This document shows positions 61,929 to 64,000 of a stretch of 64,000 nt of DNA, piece by piece. The position numbers were made by a program, and so were the translations under genes. The stretch comes from Nitrospirota bacterium (GTDB lineage: Bacteria; Nitrospirota; UBA9217). The notes under the pieces were generated by a model, which searched no databases, was not told the origin of the DNA, and worked only from the letters and a program-made list of their open reading frames with translations. Location: contig DASPQB010000213.1 of assembly GCA_035625205.1 (NCBI GenBank), forward strand, positions 10-64,009. Reading direction: 5' to 3'. Positions within the stretch are counted from its first letter, which is position 1; every line of letters starts with the position of its first letter.

Positions 61929-62495
61929 CTACCCCGTCGCTCTTACCCAGTCCACCCTCGCAAGTTTGTTGTCATGCGACCATCGATAGCTCACTTCTCC
62001 ATGAAACGCTTTTTTAATTGCGCGCCCGATACGCTGCGCAAGCTTCTCATTCGTGGTGGAGATCACGATGCTTCCATATCCGTTCTCCTTCACGGCGATC
62101 ACCCGCTCGAGTGGATTTAGTCCACGCGCCCGCTCCTCCTCATTCCTCACGAGGTTCATCAGATCCGTCTTGTGAGGAAGCACGTAGTCTCCTCTCAACG
62201 TTACAATGCCGCCGGGAAAATTATCACGAATTTTCATACACGCCGGACAAACCACGGACACAGTCTCAGGCATCTTCTTTGCCTTCGTGTACACCACGCT
62301 GTCAGCATACCACCTCTTGTTCATGTATACCGCCCGGCACCCCTCGCATAGGGAAACGCTGCGGCTTGCACCCCGAGGCATATAGGGATCGGTCGTGGAT
62401 GATTTCTTTTTATAAGTCTGCTTGTATGTTCGTTCTACTTTTTTTCCGACCATCTTCATAGGGACCGCCTCCTTAATCATCGTCAAAACTACCAT
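61929..62495 (-). CDS. Hypothetical C4 zinc-ribbon protein
   Basis: CEGC ... CPAC cysteine pairs followed by an approximately 100 aa conserved-looking domain; no confident family assignment. Confidence 0.45.
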   Translation of the reverse strand: MVVLTMIKEAVPMKMVGKKVERTYKQTYKKKSSTTDPYMPRGASRSVSLCEGCRAVYMNKRWYADSVVYTKAKKMPETVSVVCPACMKIRDNFPGGIVTLRGDYVLPHKTDLMNLVRNEEERARGLNPLERVIAVKENGYGSIVISTTNEKLAQRIGRAIKKAFHGEVSYRWSHDNKLARVDWVRATG

Positions 62496-62508
62496 CGGGT
62501 TTTTTCGT

Positions 62509-62724
62509 TTATTTCACCTTTCTCTGAATCTCGGGATACTGTTTCTTAAACTCGGGAATGTTCCGCGCAAGGAACAGTTTCAGAGCTTTAATCTCCGCCT
62601 GGATGTCCATGATCTCTTCCGCTGTCTCATTTTCATGTTTCCTCAGCATATCGGCCAGATTGGACAGGGCCTTTTCCTGGATCTTGAGCCGCTCTACGCT
62701 ACTGCCATTCCCCTTGCTGATCAT
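62509..62724 (-). CDS. Small hypothetical coiled-coil protein
   Basis: 71 aa ORF lying between the MTH1187-like gene and the zinc-ribbon gene on the same strand. It contributes no other support. Confidence 0.3.
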   Translation of the reverse strand: MISKGNGSSVERLKIQEKALSNLADMLRKHENETAEEIMDIQAEIKALKLFLARNIPEFKKQYPEIQRKVK

Positions 62725-62743
62725 AGTTCACCTCGCTTGTAAT

Positions 62744-63039
62744 TTACTTTTTCAGTATCATTCCGAGTTTCTTTTCCACCACTTCCAGTTTCTTGTCCAT
62801 CCGCACATCATTCCCTTTACGGTCATTGATTTTGATGGTCGTGATAGCCCGCTCAGCATTCTGCATTACGAGATCATGACAGTTCTTGACTATGCCCATT
62901 ACCGCATCCCACTCTCCTTCGAGTATGGTCCCCATTGCGTTGGCAAGCAAACACCGCTTCCGACCACGACTTTCATGACATCTGCGATAACGGTACTTAG
63001 TCTTACACCCTTTCCTAACGGCACAATACTAAATTCCGC
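62744..63039 (-). pseudogene. MTH1187/YkoF-family (DUF77) gene disrupted by a -1/+1 frameshift near 62942-62955
   Basis: The N-terminal half MAEFSIVPLGKGVRLSTVIADVMKVVVGSG (frame of ORF 62899..63165) and the C-terminal half (L)LANAMGTILEGEWDAVMGIVKNCH...TTIKINDR (ORF 62744..62950) are both typical of the approximately 100 aa MTH1187 family, but they are in different frames. Confidence 0.55.
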
Positions 63040-63284
63040 CATCGTGCTCATGCACTTTCTCTTCTTCTTTGTCCAGCGTAAATGCTTCATCCTCGCATAA
63101 CATACTTTCCTACTAACTAAAGTATAGCCCCGGTCCCCGGCAATGTAAAGACGGTAACAGCTCATAATTCCGTTGAAAACTGAAGTTGTCTATGACATAA
63201 TCGGCTTTGACTGCAACTATCTTCACCGGATTGCACGAGAACAAACGGACCTGTTAAGAAAAGGCGAAATCGATGTGTTCTGTT

Positions 63285-64000
63285 ATGAAAATAATCAGAA
63301 TCGTTCCCGTCCTCCTCGCTTACCTTCTTATCTCCTGCTCCCTCGCGCTCTTGCCAGCGGGAACCCGGTTTCGGAAAATTCTTCTTACAAAAAATACTTC
63401 TTTTTTTTCCCGCATGATGCTTTCTCTCCTGGGTGTACACGTTGATATCAACCATCGTGGGCGGTTGCCAAGATCAAGCGCCGGCTCGCTTATCGTTTCC
63501 AACCACACTTCTTACATTGATGTTCTCGTCATCGCATCACTGACGCCTGCCGTTTTTATTACATCAGCGGAGCTCGGCAGTACGGTCTTCCTCGGCATGC
63601 TCGCACGACTCGGGGGGAGCATTTTTGTGGAACGAAGAAAACCATTCGGACTCAAGAAGGAGATAGCGATGGTTGCGCGCGCAATCGCAGAGGGGTTCAC
63701 CGTGGTACTCTTCCCCGAAGGAACCACATCCAGCGGAGAACGCATTCAACCTTTCAAAAAGTCGCTCTTTGAGGCAGCCGTGATGGCAGGGGTCGACATT
63801 CTTCCGGTATGCCTGCGATATACTAAAATAAATGGCGGAGCTTTGACCGTGCATAATCGGGGGAGTGTGTTCTATTACGGCGAGGAGACCTTTTTCAGGC
63901 ATTTTCCAAAATTCTCATTGCTGAAATCCGTAGACGTTGTTGTCATCCCCCTGAAGAGCATAAAGGTGCGTGATCATGCCTCGCGAAAAGAGCTTGCGTT
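63285..64000 (+). CDS. 1-acyl-sn-glycerol-3-phosphate acyltransferase (PlsC/LPLAT family), 3'-truncated by the window end
   Basis: Open frame from the ATG at 63285 to the window end with no stops. NHTSYIDV (HX4D) and FPEGTTS motifs; N-terminal transmembrane segment. Confidence 0.75.
   Translation, partial: MKIIRIVPVLLAYLLISCSLALLPAGTRFRKILLTKNTSFFSRMMLSLLGVHVDINHRGRLPRSSAGSLIVSNHTSYIDVLVIASLTPAVFITSAELGSTVFLGMLARLGGSIFVERRKPFGLKKEIAMVARAIAEGFTVVLFPEGTTSSGERIQPFKKSLFEAAVMAGVDILPVCLRYTKINGGALTVHNRGSVFYYGEETFFRHFPKFSLLKSVDVVVIPLKSIKVRDHASRKELA

Noticed and set aside
63173-63445. 90 aa ORF overlapping the start of the acyltransferase gene
   Set aside because: It is out of frame with the clearly PlsC-like protein, ends in a low-complexity run (KKYFFFFP), and has no ribosome-binding site.

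Overview
This 64 kb window is bacterial chromosomal DNA, roughly 55-58% GC, probably from an anaerobe; the gene content looks Deltaproteobacteria- or Nitrospirae-like. Coding density is high and sigma70-like promoters are visible. All gene calls rest on my own reading of motifs in the ORF translations, with no database search. Three blocks are present.

(1) 1-7.9 kb: the end of the histidine operon (hisH 3' end, hisA, hisF), then a hemerythrin/PAS sensor, an aminotransferase, an HD-domain protein, a cupin and an alpha/beta hydrolase.

(2) 8-42.7 kb: a mixed metabolic and accessory region.
- Two ABC-F ATPases, one of them EttA-like, and an LTA-synthase-like membrane sulfatase.
- ppnP and a CapA-family gene.
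- A GrdB/PrdB-like gene interrupted by an in-frame TGA, probably a selenoprotein.
- An HDAC / ThiF-MoeB / DUF2156 trio.
- A pterin-binding MtrH/AcsE-like gene next to a polyferredoxin, and a RACo-like corrinoid activator further on, with no corrinoid protein in the window.
- An ADP-forming acetyl-CoA synthetase alpha/beta pair.
- A protein with a winged-HTH region and a PD-(D/E)xK nuclease motif.
- A polyamine operon speH-speE-speA with a structured leader.
- nupC, ubiB, an MBL hydrolase and trmJ.
- A stand-alone small protein with two CW repeats behind a strong promoter.

(3) 42.7-61.4 kb: a complete division and cell wall (dcw) cluster on the minus strand, mraZ-[STAS]-rsmH-ftsL-ftsI-murE-murF-mraY-murD-ftsW-murG-murC-murB-ddl-ftsQ-ftsA-ftsZ. 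It has an unusual STAS-domain gene between mraZ and rsmH, a Pmra-like promoter with MraZ-box repeats, and a divergent HNH endonuclease gene. It is followed by a zinc-ribbon gene, a frameshifted MTH1187/YkoF-family gene and the start of a PlsC-family acyltransferase.

I found no rRNA, tRNA, CRISPR array or obvious mobile element.
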